Shown here: positions 49,781-59,872 of the stretch, in pieces
Numbering within the stretch: the first letter of the stretch is position 1
Layout of the letters: every line of letters starts with the position of its first letter
From: Deltaproteobacteria bacterium
GTDB lineage: Bacteria > Bdellovibrionota_C > UBA2361 > OMII01
Direction: 5' to 3'
Length of the DNA stretch: 64,000 bases
NCBI GenBank assembly: GCA_947488865.1
Contig: CANLCB010000001.1
Coordinates: forward strand, 6,691-70,690
Position numbers and translations under genes: made by a program
Notes under the pieces: generated by a model
The model's database searches: none
The model's input: only the letters and a program-made list of their open reading frames with translations
What the model was told of the DNA's origin: nothing

Positions 49781-49833
49781 TAGACTACTGATGCCATGAG
49801 CTTGCTTTTGCCAACATAGGCATCAGTAGTCTA
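49781..49833. repeat. perfect 15-bp inverted repeat (tagactactgatgcc / ggcatcagtagtcta) with 23-nt loop
   Basis: read directly; between CBS gene and gltX. Confidence 0.85.
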
Positions 49834-49941
49834 TAGTTCTTGCGGGTTTATCCACTGCCGCGATCCCCCTACACATAGTGTCGCTTGCAAGTTGGATTCC
49901 GGAGCAGCCCACCCGGTTGTACGCGTAGTAGAGAGACATAC

Positions 49942-51423
49942 ATGAAAGAGGTTCGTACACGATTTGCGCCGTCTCCGACGGGCTTCCAGCACGTTGGTGG
50001 TTTTCGCACTGCCTTCTACGCTTACCTGTTGGCAAAACACTTCGGAGGAAAATTCCTTCTTCGCGTGGAAGATACCGATCGTGAGCGCACTGTTCCAGGC
50101 GCGATTCGATTTGTGATCGATGAGCTTAAGTGGTTCGGTATTGATTTTGATGAGGGGCCAAGCAAGGCAGACCTTCAAGCATTAGGGGAAGATTGGGAAG
50201 GGGCGCCAGACATCGGAGGCCCAGTTGGTCCGTATGTTCAGAGTCTTCGTCTTCCACGATACAAAGAAGTTGCTGAGCAGCTCGTCGCTTCGGGTCACGC
50301 ATATAGGTGTGACTGTACTCCTGAGATGCTTGAGCGAGAGCGAAATGAGCAGATGGCTCGACGAGAGCTTCCTGGTTACTCCGGATACTGTCGCACTCGA
50401 AATGTTCCAGCGGATAAGCCGCATGTAGTCCGATTCAAGATGCCAACGAAACGTTCGGTTAGTTTCGTTGACGCTATCCGAGGAAAAGTTCAGTGGGACA
50501 CGATTCCTCTCAAGGATACTGTTCTTTTGAAGAGTGATGGGTTTCCTACCTATCACTTGGCGGTTGTGTGTGATGACCACGACATGAATATTACCCATGC
50601 TTTGCGTGGCATTGAGTGGCTCTCGTCGACCCCGATTCACCTTCTGCTTTATGAAGCTCTTGGATGGGAGCCCGTAACGTTCGCTCATCTTCCTGTCGTA
50701 AACGGTACTGATGGAAAGAAGCTTTCAAAGCGCCACAACGCCACGAACTCAAAGGAGCTTCGCGACCAGGGGTATTTGCCGGAGGCGATCATGAATTTCG
50801 TGACGCTCATTGGCTGGGCACCTGGAGAGGGCAGCGATCAGGAGGTCTTCACCCGCGAGGAGCTCATTCAGAAGTTCTCTTTGCAGGGAGTTAACGAGTC
50901 GAGCGGCGTATTCGATCCGGTCAAGCTTCAGTGGATGAATGGTCTCTACATCCGAAAGCTTCCGGTGGAAGAGTTCATGAAACGGTGTCAGCCGTTCCTC
51001 GATAAGGAGGGCGTTTCGGTTCCTCAAGAGCAGTTTGCCGCTCTCGCCGCTCATGTGCAGGAGCGCGTGAAGACCCTCACGGAAGTGGCGAGCATGATTG
51101 ACTTCCTCATGGATAGGCCGCTTGAGCGACAGATGGACGCTATGCTCGGCAAGGGCATGGATAACGAGAAGGCGCGGCAAGTTTTGAACCTCTCTTTGGA
51201 GCGATTGGGCCCTCTTGCTGATTTCTCGGTTGAGGCGATTGACCAAACGTTACGGGGGGTTGCGACTGAGCTAGGCTTGAAGCCAGGACCTGCCTTTGTG
51301 GCGCTTCGTATCGCCGTGACGGGTAAGACTATAACCCCGCCTCTCTTTGAATCATTTGCAGTCCTTGGGAGGGATAGGGTACTATCCCGCATCCGGGAGA
51401 CCCTTGAGTTGTTACCACAGTAA
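49942..51423 (+). CDS. gltX: glutamate--tRNA ligase
   Basis: 'RFAPSPTGFQHVGGFRTA' HIGH region, 'KLSKR' KMSKS. Confidence 0.95.
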   Translation: MKEVRTRFAPSPTGFQHVGGFRTAFYAYLLAKHFGGKFLLRVEDTDRERTVPGAIRFVIDELKWFGIDFDEGPSKADLQALGEDWEGAPDIGGPVGPYVQSLRLPRYKEVAEQLVASGHAYRCDCTPEMLERERNEQMARRELPGYSGYCRTRNVPADKPHVVRFKMPTKRSVSFVDAIRGKVQWDTIPLKDTVLLKSDGFPTYHLAVVCDDHDMNITHALRGIEWLSSTPIHLLLYEALGWEPVTFAHLPVVNGTDGKKLSKRHNATNSKELRDQGYLPEAIMNFVTLIGWAPGEGSDQEVFTREELIQKFSLQGVNESSGVFDPVKLQWMNGLYIRKLPVEEFMKRCQPFLDKEGVSVPQEQFAALAAHVQERVKTLTEVASMIDFLMDRPLERQMDAMLGKGMDNEKARQVLNLSLERLGPLADFSVEAIDQTLRGVATELGLKPGPAFVALRIAVTGKTITPPLFESFAVLGRDRVLSRIRETLELLPQ

Positions 51424-51438
51424 GGAAGTAAAGGTCGT

Positions 51439-51993
51439 ATGAAAGCTAAAGACGTTCGTAAGGGCACAGTTATTATCTATAAGAACACGCTTCATAGCGT
51501 CATGGATTTCCATCACCATACGCCCGGTAACCTTCGCGCGATGGTTCAGATGAAGCTTCGTAACCTGGTGAATGGAACTCAAGTTGAGCACCGATTCAGC
51601 TCTACTGAGGATATCGAGACCGCAGATGTATTCCAGCAGAAGGGGACCTACCTGTACGCAGATGGGAACGGCTTCCACTTCATGAACGCGGAGACCTACG
51701 AGGAGGTTACGATCACTCCAGAAATGATCGGTGATGGCCAGTACTACCTTAAAGAGGGTATGGAAGTTCAGCTCTCCATGCACGACGAGAATCCGATCGG
51801 TATTCAGCTTCCTCAGACCGTAGTGCTTGAGGTTGTTGACACAGAGCCCGGTATTAAAGGCGCAACGGCGACCAACTCTCCTAAGCCCGCCAAAATGGAG
51901 ACAGGGTTGCAGCTCACGGTTCCTCAGTTCGTCAACATTGGCGATCAGATCATCGTCAAGACCGATACTGGTGAATACCTTAGCCGAGCGTAG
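51439..51993 (+). CDS. efp: elongation factor P
   Basis: 184 aa; 'KGTVIIYKNTLHSV' N-terminus, KOW-like domain I with modified-Lys loop 'PGNLRAM'. Confidence 0.9.
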   Translation: MKAKDVRKGTVIIYKNTLHSVMDFHHHTPGNLRAMVQMKLRNLVNGTQVEHRFSSTEDIETADVFQQKGTYLYADGNGFHFMNAETYEEVTITPEMIGDGQYYLKEGMEVQLSMHDENPIGIQLPQTVVLEVVDTEPGIKGATATNSPKPAKMETGLQLTVPQFVNIGDQIIVKTDTGEYLSRA

Positions 51994-52002
51994 CTTCGGA
52001 GA

Positions 52003-52509
52003 TTGCTTATGAAACGCCCGATGACCCCGCGAGGTTACAACTCGCTCAGAGCAGAATTGATGAGACTCAAGGCGATGCGTCCAGAGATAGCTCGCATGAT
52101 CGAGGTGGCGCGGGGGCACGGAGACCTCTCCGAGAACGGTGACTACGACGCCGCTAAGGAGAAGTCGGGAATGACCGAAGCGAAGATTCGAGATATCGAG
52201 GCTCGTCTCGCTATGGCTGAGGTGATCGACCCACGGAAGTTGGGAACCCCAAGCCGTGTTGTGTTCGGCTCCAGTGTGAAGATTGAGGATCTCGACAGCG
52301 GCGACAAGAAGGTCTTGAGTATTTATGGCGCCGAAGAGACCGATATTGAGAAGGGGTGGATCTCGTTCGAAGCCCCCCTTGGCAAAGCTCTCATCGGTAA
52401 GGAAGAGGGCGATGTAGTAAAGGTTCCACTTCCCGGTGGCGCGCGCGAGTACGAAGTTCTTGAAATTTTTGTGAGCTACGAAGAGACCGACGCTGTTGTC
52501 TCGGAGTAG
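52003..52509 (+). CDS. greA: transcription elongation factor GreA
   Basis: N-terminal coiled coil with 'DLSENGDYDAAKE', C-terminal FKBP-like. Confidence 0.9.
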   Translation: MLMKRPMTPRGYNSLRAELMRLKAMRPEIARMIEVARGHGDLSENGDYDAAKEKSGMTEAKIRDIEARLAMAEVIDPRKLGTPSRVVFGSSVKIEDLDSGDKKVLSIYGAEETDIEKGWISFEAPLGKALIGKEEGDVVKVPLPGGAREYEVLEIFVSYEETDAVVSE

Positions 52510-52542
52510 TGTTGCGCGTTGTAAGCGACGGCGTGGAATTCT

Positions 52543-52669
52543 GGAGGGCAGGCGGCCTCGCCGGCCGCTGGTACAAATGCTACCGTTTCCTCTGATTGAA
52601 CCAGAATATTAATTATTTCCGTGCTCTCGTAATATTCGTACCCGCGGCCGGCGAGGCCGCCGGCCCTCC
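52543..52669. repeat. long-range inverted repeat: 26-nt GC-rich arms (ggagggcaggcggcctcgccggccgc / gcggccggcgaggccgccggccctcc) separated by ~75 nt of AT-rich sequence
   Basis: read directly; greA-dnaG intergenic. Confidence 0.85.
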
Positions 52670-52741
52670 AATGTTCGCGCACGCTGTCTACGTTTCCTCT
52701 ATATTGTGTGCGTTTTTCGAAGCCTGTGTTAATCTTTTGCC

Positions 52742-54646
52742 GTGATTTCCCAAGAGAGCATCGAGCGCGTAAAGACGTCGGCCAACATCGTTGAGGTCGT
52801 TTCGGAGACTGTTAAGCTCCGGCGTGCCGGGATGTATTATTCTGGGCTCTGTCCTTTTCACTCGGAGCGCTCTCCTTCTTTTTTCGTCCGCGAATCGACT
52901 AACTCCTATCACTGTTACGGGTGTGGCGCGTCTGGAAGCGTGATCTCGTTCGTCATGGCGATGAGAGCTATGACGTTTCCTGACGCGGTCGAGTATCTCG
53001 CGAGTCGCTCTGGGATCGAGTTAAAGCACGAGAACACCAAGAGAGCGGGGCCGTCAGTTGATCGTGAAAAGCTCTTTGATGTCTGTCGAATCGCGCACCT
53101 CTTCTTTCGAAAGTCTCTGCTGCAAGTAAAGAATGGACAGGGTGAGTTTAAGAAGGTTGGGGAATACCTAAAGAAGCGAGGACTCTCGGCGGACGCGATA
53201 AACGAGTTCGGTATTGGATATAGCCCTAATCAGCGAGGGGTTCTCATAGAGGTCCTCAAGCAAAACGGGATCAAGGAAGAGGTTATGCTCCAGTCGGGCT
53301 TGGTACGTCGACGTGAGAACGGGGACCTCTACGAGCTTTTTCGAGGTCGTCTGATCTTCCCGATTTTCGTTGACTCCAAGCGCATCGCCGGCTTCGGCGG
53401 GCGACTGGTGCCAGGCGTTATGGAGCCGGCTTATGAGGCTCAGTCTCCGAAATACGTTAACTCGCCCGAAACTCCGATTTATCAGAAGAGTAGGACGATA
53501 TTCGGGCTACCCCAAGCGATGAGCGCGATTCGTGAACTCGGTGAGGTGTATCTTGTTGAAGGCTACATGGACGTTGTTGGGCTCTCGATGCGTGGAGTTC
53601 ATAACGTAGTCGCGTGCTGTGGAACCGCGATGACGGAGCAGCATGTTAAACGCCTGGCGGGAGTTTGTAATCGCGTGCACCTGCTCTTCGACGGTGATGG
53701 CGCGGGGCGCGGCGCGGCCGCCAAATCATTTAATGTGGCGCGTAACGCTGAAATCGATGTAACCGCGTGCTTCCTTCCCGATGGAGTTGATCCGGATGAC
53801 TTCGCCTCTCAACACGGGGAAGGAGCGGGACAGGCGCTTCGTGAGTTGCCGAAAGCGGAACTTATTGATGTGTATGTAGACGGTTTGTTGTCTCGCTATG
53901 GGTGCTCCGAGAGTGAGAAGCCAGGTCCTAATCTTTTAGGAAAGGTGTGCGACGAAGTGGCAAAGGCTCTCGCGGGCGTTGAGCGAGAGGTTGTTCGTTC
54001 GGGGCTCATCACTCGAGCGGCGCGACGTCTGGGAGTTGAAAACAAGCAACTAGAGAAGTTGATCGGCGGAGCGTCGACGAAGACAAAAGGGGCTACAACA
54101 GTCGAGAAGGCGCCGGTTGAGGCAAAGGCTTCTGCCCAACTGGCTACCCCTGAGGGGAGAAAGGCGAGCGCCGGCCCTCGGGAGCTTCAGAGTTTGCCCC
54201 GCCTCGACCTCGATATCCTGCGGTGCGTCATGGTCATGAAGGGAGAGCTGGTCCAGTCCCTCCTCAAAACGCCGGAGATGTGTGAAGGTTTACAGCCAGA
54301 GACTATCCGGTTTGCGACGGTGTTCGGGGAGCTTTTGGGGGAGCGTCCGGACGATGAGGAGTATCAGCGCCGGGCCACGAAGGAGCTCCTACAGTCGTTG
54401 GGGCCGCCATGGGTAGCCCTCTGGAAGGAGGCTTACAAGATGGTCGAAGCGGGCGTAACTATGCGAGACCTGTACCAAGGAAGCGTAATTGCCCTCCGTC
54501 GGGAGAAGCTCAAAGGGCTCCTCGCCGAGTGTCAAAAAGAGCTCTTGGAGGGTGATCTTGGGCCGGAGGATCAGCTTCAGGTTTCAGAGAGGATTCGGAC
54601 CTTAAAGAACCAGATAGACAGCTGTGCTCGGGGGGTAGACCTCTAG
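52742..54646 (+). CDS. dnaG: DNA primase (GTG start)
   Basis: zinc-binding 'CPFHSERSPSF...CYGCG', TOPRIM 'EGYMDV...DGDGAG'. Confidence 0.9.
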   Translation: MISQESIERVKTSANIVEVVSETVKLRRAGMYYSGLCPFHSERSPSFFVRESTNSYHCYGCGASGSVISFVMAMRAMTFPDAVEYLASRSGIELKHENTKRAGPSVDREKLFDVCRIAHLFFRKSLLQVKNGQGEFKKVGEYLKKRGLSADAINEFGIGYSPNQRGVLIEVLKQNGIKEEVMLQSGLVRRRENGDLYELFRGRLIFPIFVDSKRIAGFGGRLVPGVMEPAYEAQSPKYVNSPETPIYQKSRTIFGLPQAMSAIRELGEVYLVEGYMDVVGLSMRGVHNVVACCGTAMTEQHVKRLAGVCNRVHLLFDGDGAGRGAAAKSFNVARNAEIDVTACFLPDGVDPDDFASQHGEGAGQALRELPKAELIDVYVDGLLSRYGCSESEKPGPNLLGKVCDEVAKALAGVEREVVRSGLITRAARRLGVENKQLEKLIGGASTKTKGATTVEKAPVEAKASAQLATPEGRKASAGPRELQSLPRLDLDILRCVMVMKGELVQSLLKTPEMCEGLQPETIRFATVFGELLGERPDDEEYQRRATKELLQSLGPPWVALWKEAYKMVEAGVTMRDLYQGSVIALRREKLKGLLAECQKELLEGDLGPEDQLQVSERIRTLKNQIDSCARGVDL

Positions 54647-54849
54647 GCCTCAAATAGCTAATATCTCACGATCCTTTCCCCGGGCGTGGTCACTAGCGGC
54701 CGACTGAAAGGTGATGAAAAAAGTTTTCGATCGCGGAAGCGTATGTGGGACTAACACGTGCGTGACGCGAGGGAAGCGGTGATCAGTACCTACGACACTT
54801 GTACGTTGTGAGGACTGTGACGCGCGAGGACGATCGTGGAAACACGATC

Positions 54850-57243
54850 ATGACTAATACACGTGGAGTTGCGGTGGTAGTTCGAAAGAAAAGTGGAGCA
54901 AGTCGCGGAAAAGTTCTTCGAAAAGCGGGAAGCAAGCCGAAGGCCAAAGCTGCTCTTAAGAAGGGATTGAAGAAGGGGCTCTCCAAGCGATTGAAGGCGC
55001 GCAACGTGCGCGTGACCCTCAAGAAAAATTCAACCCTGAAAGCGGCCGCTCGTGAGCGACTAAAGTCCGCTTCGAACACGAAGGCTGAGCAATCAAATCC
55101 AGCTCCAACAAAGAAGGTTGGTAGTGAGAAGAAGACGATCGCTCCAGTGATCTCTGCAGGCTCGGCTGCGAAGAAGCTTCAGCCTGTCGCCGCGATCAGT
55201 GAAGCTAAACCTCTTACGAAACCTCTTACGAAGCCTCTTACGAAGCCGCTTACAAAAGAGCCCCGAAAAGGGCGAGACGGAGAGAAAGAGGGAATGGATC
55301 GAGATCTCGTTGTCGCGGATCTCGATGACGGTTTGCAGGAGTTGACCGGTTTTGAGGTGAGCGTTGAGGCTGATCTCGGAGATATTGATAGCGCCATCGA
55401 CCTGAAAGAGCGTGGCGATATTGAAAGCCGCATCAATCGCCTCCTTGAGATCGGTAAAGAGAAGGGATACCTCACGATGGATGAGGTAAACGAAGCTCTC
55501 GCCGGCGAGGTGATGTCAGAAGACCAGGTCGATGAAGTTATCGCTAACTTCGGTGAGCACGATATCGATATCATTGAGGCTCCCGCTGATTCTCGAGAAG
55601 AGGAAGGTGAGGCTCCTGCGGGTGGAATAGAGCCTCCCGCTGAGGTTATCGACGCTGGTTCGCTTGGGCGCAGCACTGACCCTGTTCGTCAGTACCTCCG
55701 AGAGATGGGAAATGTAAGCCTTCTTACCCGAGAAGGAGAGGTGGAGATCGCCAAGCGTATAGAGTCTGGTCTCCTCGCGGTTCGTGAGCAGTTGCTCAAG
55801 CAGCCAATTTCTATCGAGTACGTGTCGAATCTTTTCGATCTGGTGAAGGCGGATCAGATTCGTCTTCGCGATCTCTTCGCCGAGGATGACGCTGAGGCGG
55901 AGGCCGGAAAAGAAGAGGAGGAAGAGGAAGAGGAGGAGCCAAAGTTCGACGAGGATGGCCAGGAGATCGCTCCGAAGCCAACACCTCAGAACGAAGAGGA
56001 TGAGGCTCAGAAGAAGAAGTTCCTCGCTCGCTCGGCGCCATACAAGAAGGCGGTCAAGGATACCAAGACTCTGTACGAAGAGCTCCTGGAGCTCCCTGTG
56101 GAGAAGCGTATCGATTCTGATCGAGAGAAGAAGTTTCAGAAGATTCTCTCAAAGAACGCCGCTAAGATTGAGGAGCTCAATCTAAACCAGAAGCAGTTCC
56201 ATAAGATGATTCAGCTCGTGAAGGACGCTGATGAGGAGTGTCGCGCCATTCTTCGTGGAATCGACATGGCCGCTCGTAAATTGGGCACCACCTCTGACGA
56301 GCTCGCTGATTCGCTGACAGATCTTTTATCAGCTGACCAGGTGGCCGTTAAACGCGCTGGTAAGCGTCTCAAGCTTAAGAGTACCGATCTCAAGCATTGG
56401 GAGGAGCCACTTCGTCGCGCGCACGGTTCGATTCGCGCGCTTGAAGAGCGAGTGATGATGAGTCTCTCTCGTTTCGGCGAGAGCGTTCGCATCTTGAAGG
56501 ATGGAGAGGTTCGCGCTCGTTTGGCGAAGGACCAGCTCATTGAGGCCAACCTTCGTCTTGTAGTCTCTATCGCTAAAAAATACACGAACCGTGGTCTTCA
56601 GTTCCTTGACCTCATCCAAGAGGGAAATATCGGATTGATGAAGGCGGTTGATAAGTTCGAGTACCAGCGTGGTTATAAGTTCTCCACGTACGCGACCTGG
56701 TGGATCCGTCAGGCTATCACTCGAGCGATCGCTGATCAGGCGCGAATCATTCGTATTCCTGTTCACATGATCGAGACGATCAACAAGCTTGTGCGAACAT
56801 CTCGACAACTTGTTCAAGAGCTTGGCCGTGAGCCAACTCCAGAAGAGATCGCGGCGAAGATGGAGATTCCTATCGATAAGGTCCGTAAGGTTCTTAAGAT
56901 CGCTAAGGAGCCTATCTCTCTCGAGACCCCGATCGGAGAGGAGGAAGATTCTCATCTCGGAGATTTCATCGAGGATAAGCGCGTCGTATCCCCAGCGAAC
57001 GCTGTCGTTAACATGAACCTTCAAGAGCAGACGAGAAAAGTTCTCGCGACGCTCACTCCACGAGAAGAGAAGGTTCTTCGTATGCGTTTCGGAATCGGCG
57101 AGAAGAGTGATCACACCCTTGAGGAGGTTGGTCAAAACTTCGACGTTACTCGTGAGCGTATTCGGCAGATCGAGGCGAAAGCTCTTCGAAAGCTTCGTCA
57201 TCCGAGCAGAAGCAAGCGTCTCCGCGGTTTCATGGATAAGTAG
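54850..57243 (+). CDS. rpoD: RNA polymerase primary sigma factor RpoD with long Lys-rich, repeat-containing N-terminal extension
   Basis: regions 1.2-4 incl. '[56 protein letters not shown]'; start placed at MTNTRGV. Confidence 0.9.
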   Translation: MTNTRGVAVVVRKKSGASRGKVLRKAGSKPKAKAALKKGLKKGLSKRLKARNVRVTLKKNSTLKAAARERLKSASNTKAEQSNPAPTKKVGSEKKTIAPVISAGSAAKKLQPVAAISEAKPLTKPLTKPLTKPLTKEPRKGRDGEKEGMDRDLVVADLDDGLQELTGFEVSVEADLGDIDSAIDLKERGDIESRINRLLEIGKEKGYLTMDEVNEALAGEVMSEDQVDEVIANFGEHDIDIIEAPADSREEEGEAPAGGIEPPAEVIDAGSLGRSTDPVRQYLREMGNVSLLTREGEVEIAKRIESGLLAVREQLLKQPISIEYVSNLFDLVKADQIRLRDLFAEDDAEAEAGKEEEEEEEEEPKFDEDGQEIAPKPTPQNEEDEAQKKKFLARSAPYKKAVKDTKTLYEELLELPVEKRIDSDREKKFQKILSKNAAKIEELNLNQKQFHKMIQLVKDADEECRAILRGIDMAARKLGTTSDELADSLTDLLSADQVAVKRAGKRLKLKSTDLKHWEEPLRRAHGSIRALEERVMMSLSRFGESVRILKDGEVRARLAKDQLIEANLRLVVSIAKKYTNRGLQFLDLIQEGNIGLMKAVDKFEYQRGYKFSTYATWWIRQAITRAIADQARIIRIPVHMIETINKLVRTSRQLVQELGREPTPEEIAAKMEIPIDKVRKVLKIAKEPISLETPIGEEEDSHLGDFIEDKRVVSPANAVVNMNLQEQTRKVLATLTPREEKVLRMRFGIGEKSDHTLEEVGQNFDVTRERIRQIEAKALRKLRHPSRSKRLRGFMDK
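55207..55254 (+). repeat. 4 x 12-nt tandem repeat (aaacctcttacg) encoding (KPLT)4 inside rpoD
   Basis: read directly. Confidence 0.9.
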
Positions 57244-57262
57244 CCTTTACAAAGGATCCCTG

Positions 57263-57841
57263 ATGAAGAGAGCGCTGGTCGCCTTTGTCGTGCTGGTGGT
57301 GGGGTGCGGTCGATACAAGCCGCCCCTTCCCCCAGAGATGTTCGCCCCGAAAGCGGTGGATCCTTTTGTCGTCACCGCTCGCCCCGATGGCGTGCAGTTC
57401 GCGTGGACAGGCTCTGACGAGGATCGCCGTGGAAAGGAGCTCAAGTTCGTCGATGGGTACGCTATTCAGCGTAAGACGATTGAGGAGACTGGCGATGAGA
57501 CGAATCCAAAGATTACCTTCGAGACTCTTGGTTTTGTAAAAGATACGCACGTCCTTAAGCGCGAAGAATTGCGCAAAGAGGCTCGCGCGGAAGGGAAGAT
57601 CGGTCGAACGGTCGAGGCTCCAGGTGAGTTGATGCAGTTCTCCTATCTCGACCAGACAGCTCAGAACGGAAAGACCTACCTCTATCAGGTGGTTCCTCAA
57701 AACCAGGGCGGCATTGATGGTGTTGTGCGCCAGGTATATCGCGTCATTTTCAAGGGAACGTCCAGCGATATTACCGTTCTTCCATCTCAAGAGGTTCTTG
57801 AGGATGAGAACAAGTTGGATGATCCAGGCTCTCTGTCGTAG
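57263..57841 (+). CDS. hypothetical lipoprotein
   Basis: 'MKRALVAFVVLVVGC' signal/lipobox; antisense ORF 57230-57961 rejected. Confidence 0.55.
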   Translation: MKRALVAFVVLVVGCGRYKPPLPPEMFAPKAVDPFVVTARPDGVQFAWTGSDEDRRGKELKFVDGYAIQRKTIEETGDETNPKITFETLGFVKDTHVLKREELRKEARAEGKIGRTVEAPGELMQFSYLDQTAQNGKTYLYQVVPQNQGGIDGVVRQVYRVIFKGTSSDITVLPSQEVLEDENKLDDPGSLS

Positions 57842-57959
57842 GACTCCGATTCCTGCCGAGTTTCTTTGATTTTTTGTAGTTGGCGCGTTACCGTTGGGGC
57901 GTTGTTTCGCCGTAACGTTTAGTAATCCGAACGCGTAAGCACACTGACAGGATGGTCTC

Positions 57960-58850
57960 ATGACGACGCCACGCTCGCTCTCCCTTCGAGGTATTTATAC
58001 CGCCCTCATTACGCCATTTACGAAAGACGGAAGTGTCATTGATAAAGATTCGTTAGCGAAGCTTCTCGATGTGCAGATCTCCGCTGGGGTGTCAGGCGTT
58101 GTCGCGTGTGGCTCAACCGGTGAGGCGGCGACCCTTTCCGATAAAGAGTACGCGGAGGTTGTAGGGTTTGTTCGAGATCGAACAAAAGGGAAGCTCCCTT
58201 GTGTGGCTGGTATCTCCGTAAGCGCGACGGCTCGAGCCGTTGAATTAGGAAAGTTCGCTTCTGAAATTGGATGTGATGGTGTGCTCGTCGCGACACCGCC
58301 GTACAACAAACCCTCTCAGCAGGGGATAGTAGAGCATCTGAAAGCTGTGAAGGCGGCGTCTGGACTTCCCGTAATCGCATACAATATTCCGGGGCGCAGT
58401 GGCGTGGCGATCCACGCCGCTACTCTTGGTCAGTTGAGTCACGAAGGGGTTATTCTTGGCGTTAAGGAGTCTTCGGGATCTGTGGACGCTCTCGCTGACA
58501 CGATGAACGCCGTGAAGCCAGATTGTCAGGTTGTTTCAGGTGATGATTCTCTCTTATTGGCTGTTCTCGCCTACGGTGGAACGGGAGCGATCGCCGCGGG
58601 GTCGAATGTTCTTCCGAAAGAGTTTGTCGAGTTGTGTGACGCGTTCGCCGCTGGTGATTGTAAAAACGCGAAGGATATTCAATTGTCCCTTCTCACTCGG
58701 ATTCGCTCACTCTTCGTTGAGTCCAATCCAGTTCCGGTAAAGGCGGTGCTCGCTCTCCAAGGTGTTATCGCTCACCCAACTGTCCGACTGCCGCTGACGC
58801 CGCTCGCGCCAGCTAGTCTTGAGCGAGTGAAGAAGGAGTTCTCTCTATGA
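57960..58850 (+). CDS. dapA: 4-hydroxy-tetrahydrodipicolinate synthase
   Basis: 'GVVACGSTGE', 'YNIPGRSGV', Lys in 'GVKESSG'. Confidence 0.9.
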   Translation: MTTPRSLSLRGIYTALITPFTKDGSVIDKDSLAKLLDVQISAGVSGVVACGSTGEAATLSDKEYAEVVGFVRDRTKGKLPCVAGISVSATARAVELGKFASEIGCDGVLVATPPYNKPSQQGIVEHLKAVKAASGLPVIAYNIPGRSGVAIHAATLGQLSHEGVILGVKESSGSVDALADTMNAVKPDCQVVSGDDSLLLAVLAYGGTGAIAAGSNVLPKEFVELCDAFAAGDCKNAKDIQLSLLTRIRSLFVESNPVPVKAVLALQGVIAHPTVRLPLTPLAPASLERVKKEFSL

Positions 58851-59611
58851 GGCGTATAGCTGTTGTTGGCGCAAGTGGTCGAACGGGGCGATGGGTGCTA
58901 TCCGCGTTGACGGCTAATCCTCATGTGTCTTTGCACTCCGCAATCGTTTCCCCCCGTTCGAATGTTATGGGCCAGAAGATTGAGGGGACTGGCGTCGTGT
59001 ATTCGTCCGATCTCTCGGTGATTGAGGGGGCTGATGGGGTCATCGAATTCGCCACGCCGGACGTATCCGCGAACGTGGTGGATGCCTGCGTGCGATATAG
59101 AAAGCCATTGTTGGTGGCTACCACTGGTCATTCAGACGAGCAGCGTAAGGCGCTTACTGACGCGGCTAAAAAGATCCCGCTCTGTATCGCCCCAAATACA
59201 TCCGTAGGAGCTACCGCGCTTGGCATGGCCGCACGATATCTTAAGAAGGTACTCGGTGAGTCGTTTGATGTCGAGGTGATGGAGATTCACCACCGCATGA
59301 AAAAAGATGCTCCCTCGGGTACCGCAAAGGGGCTCGTCGCTGGGCTCGTTGAGGATGACCGGACCGTGGTTTTCGGGCGAGAAGGGGAGAGGCGGCCGGG
59401 TGAGGTCGGGGTTGTTTCGCTCCGCGGAGGGGATGTTCCTGGCGACCACACCATTTATTTCTTGGGAGAAGGGGAGCGTATCGAGCTCACCCATCGGGCG
59501 CAAAATCGGGAGATCTTTGGTAGAGGCGCGGTCACATTGATGTGTCGTTTGACTGAGCTGCCAGCGGGGTTTTACTCCGTGCAAGAGCTCCTTCTCAGTG
59601 GAGCGGCGTAG
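58847..59611 (+). CDS. dapB: 4-hydroxy-tetrahydrodipicolinate reductase
   Basis: 'IAVVGASGRTGR' Rossmann, 'EIHHRMKKDAPSGTA'. Confidence 0.9.
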   Translation: MRRIAVVGASGRTGRWVLSALTANPHVSLHSAIVSPRSNVMGQKIEGTGVVYSSDLSVIEGADGVIEFATPDVSANVVDACVRYRKPLLVATTGHSDEQRKALTDAAKKIPLCIAPNTSVGATALGMAARYLKKVLGESFDVEVMEIHHRMKKDAPSGTAKGLVAGLVEDDRTVVFGREGERRPGEVGVVSLRGGDVPGDHTIYFLGEGERIELTHRAQNREIFGRGAVTLMCRLTELPAGFYSVQELLLSGAA

Positions 59612-59872
59612 TAGCGGCGACTTCCTAACGCCTGTTTAAAGCGAATCGTCAATGCTTTTTTTGCGCGGTCGCCGCTCAGGTTCGGATCGAAAGTGCATTA
59701 AAAATAGTACGTTGCGCAGTAGGGTTCCCCCTGTTATACACCCCGAATAAGGCTATAAAACGTCATTGCGCTAGAGGCTCTTTGGTCGTTAAATGCCTAC
59801 GCATGTGGTGACAAGGTGTTTGTTTTTGCCTGGCCCAGCGACAATTCAATTACAAGTCAGGATTTGCACACT

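Noticed and set aside
56329-57201. 290-aa minus-strand ORF and 124/165-aa ORFs inside rpoD
   Set aside because: Antisense to rpoD, which has unmistakable sigma-70 regions.
57230-57961. 243-aa minus-strand ORF
   Set aside because: Overlaps a plus-strand lipoprotein ORF with a proper signal/lipobox; composition (R, Q, N runs) looks non-coding.
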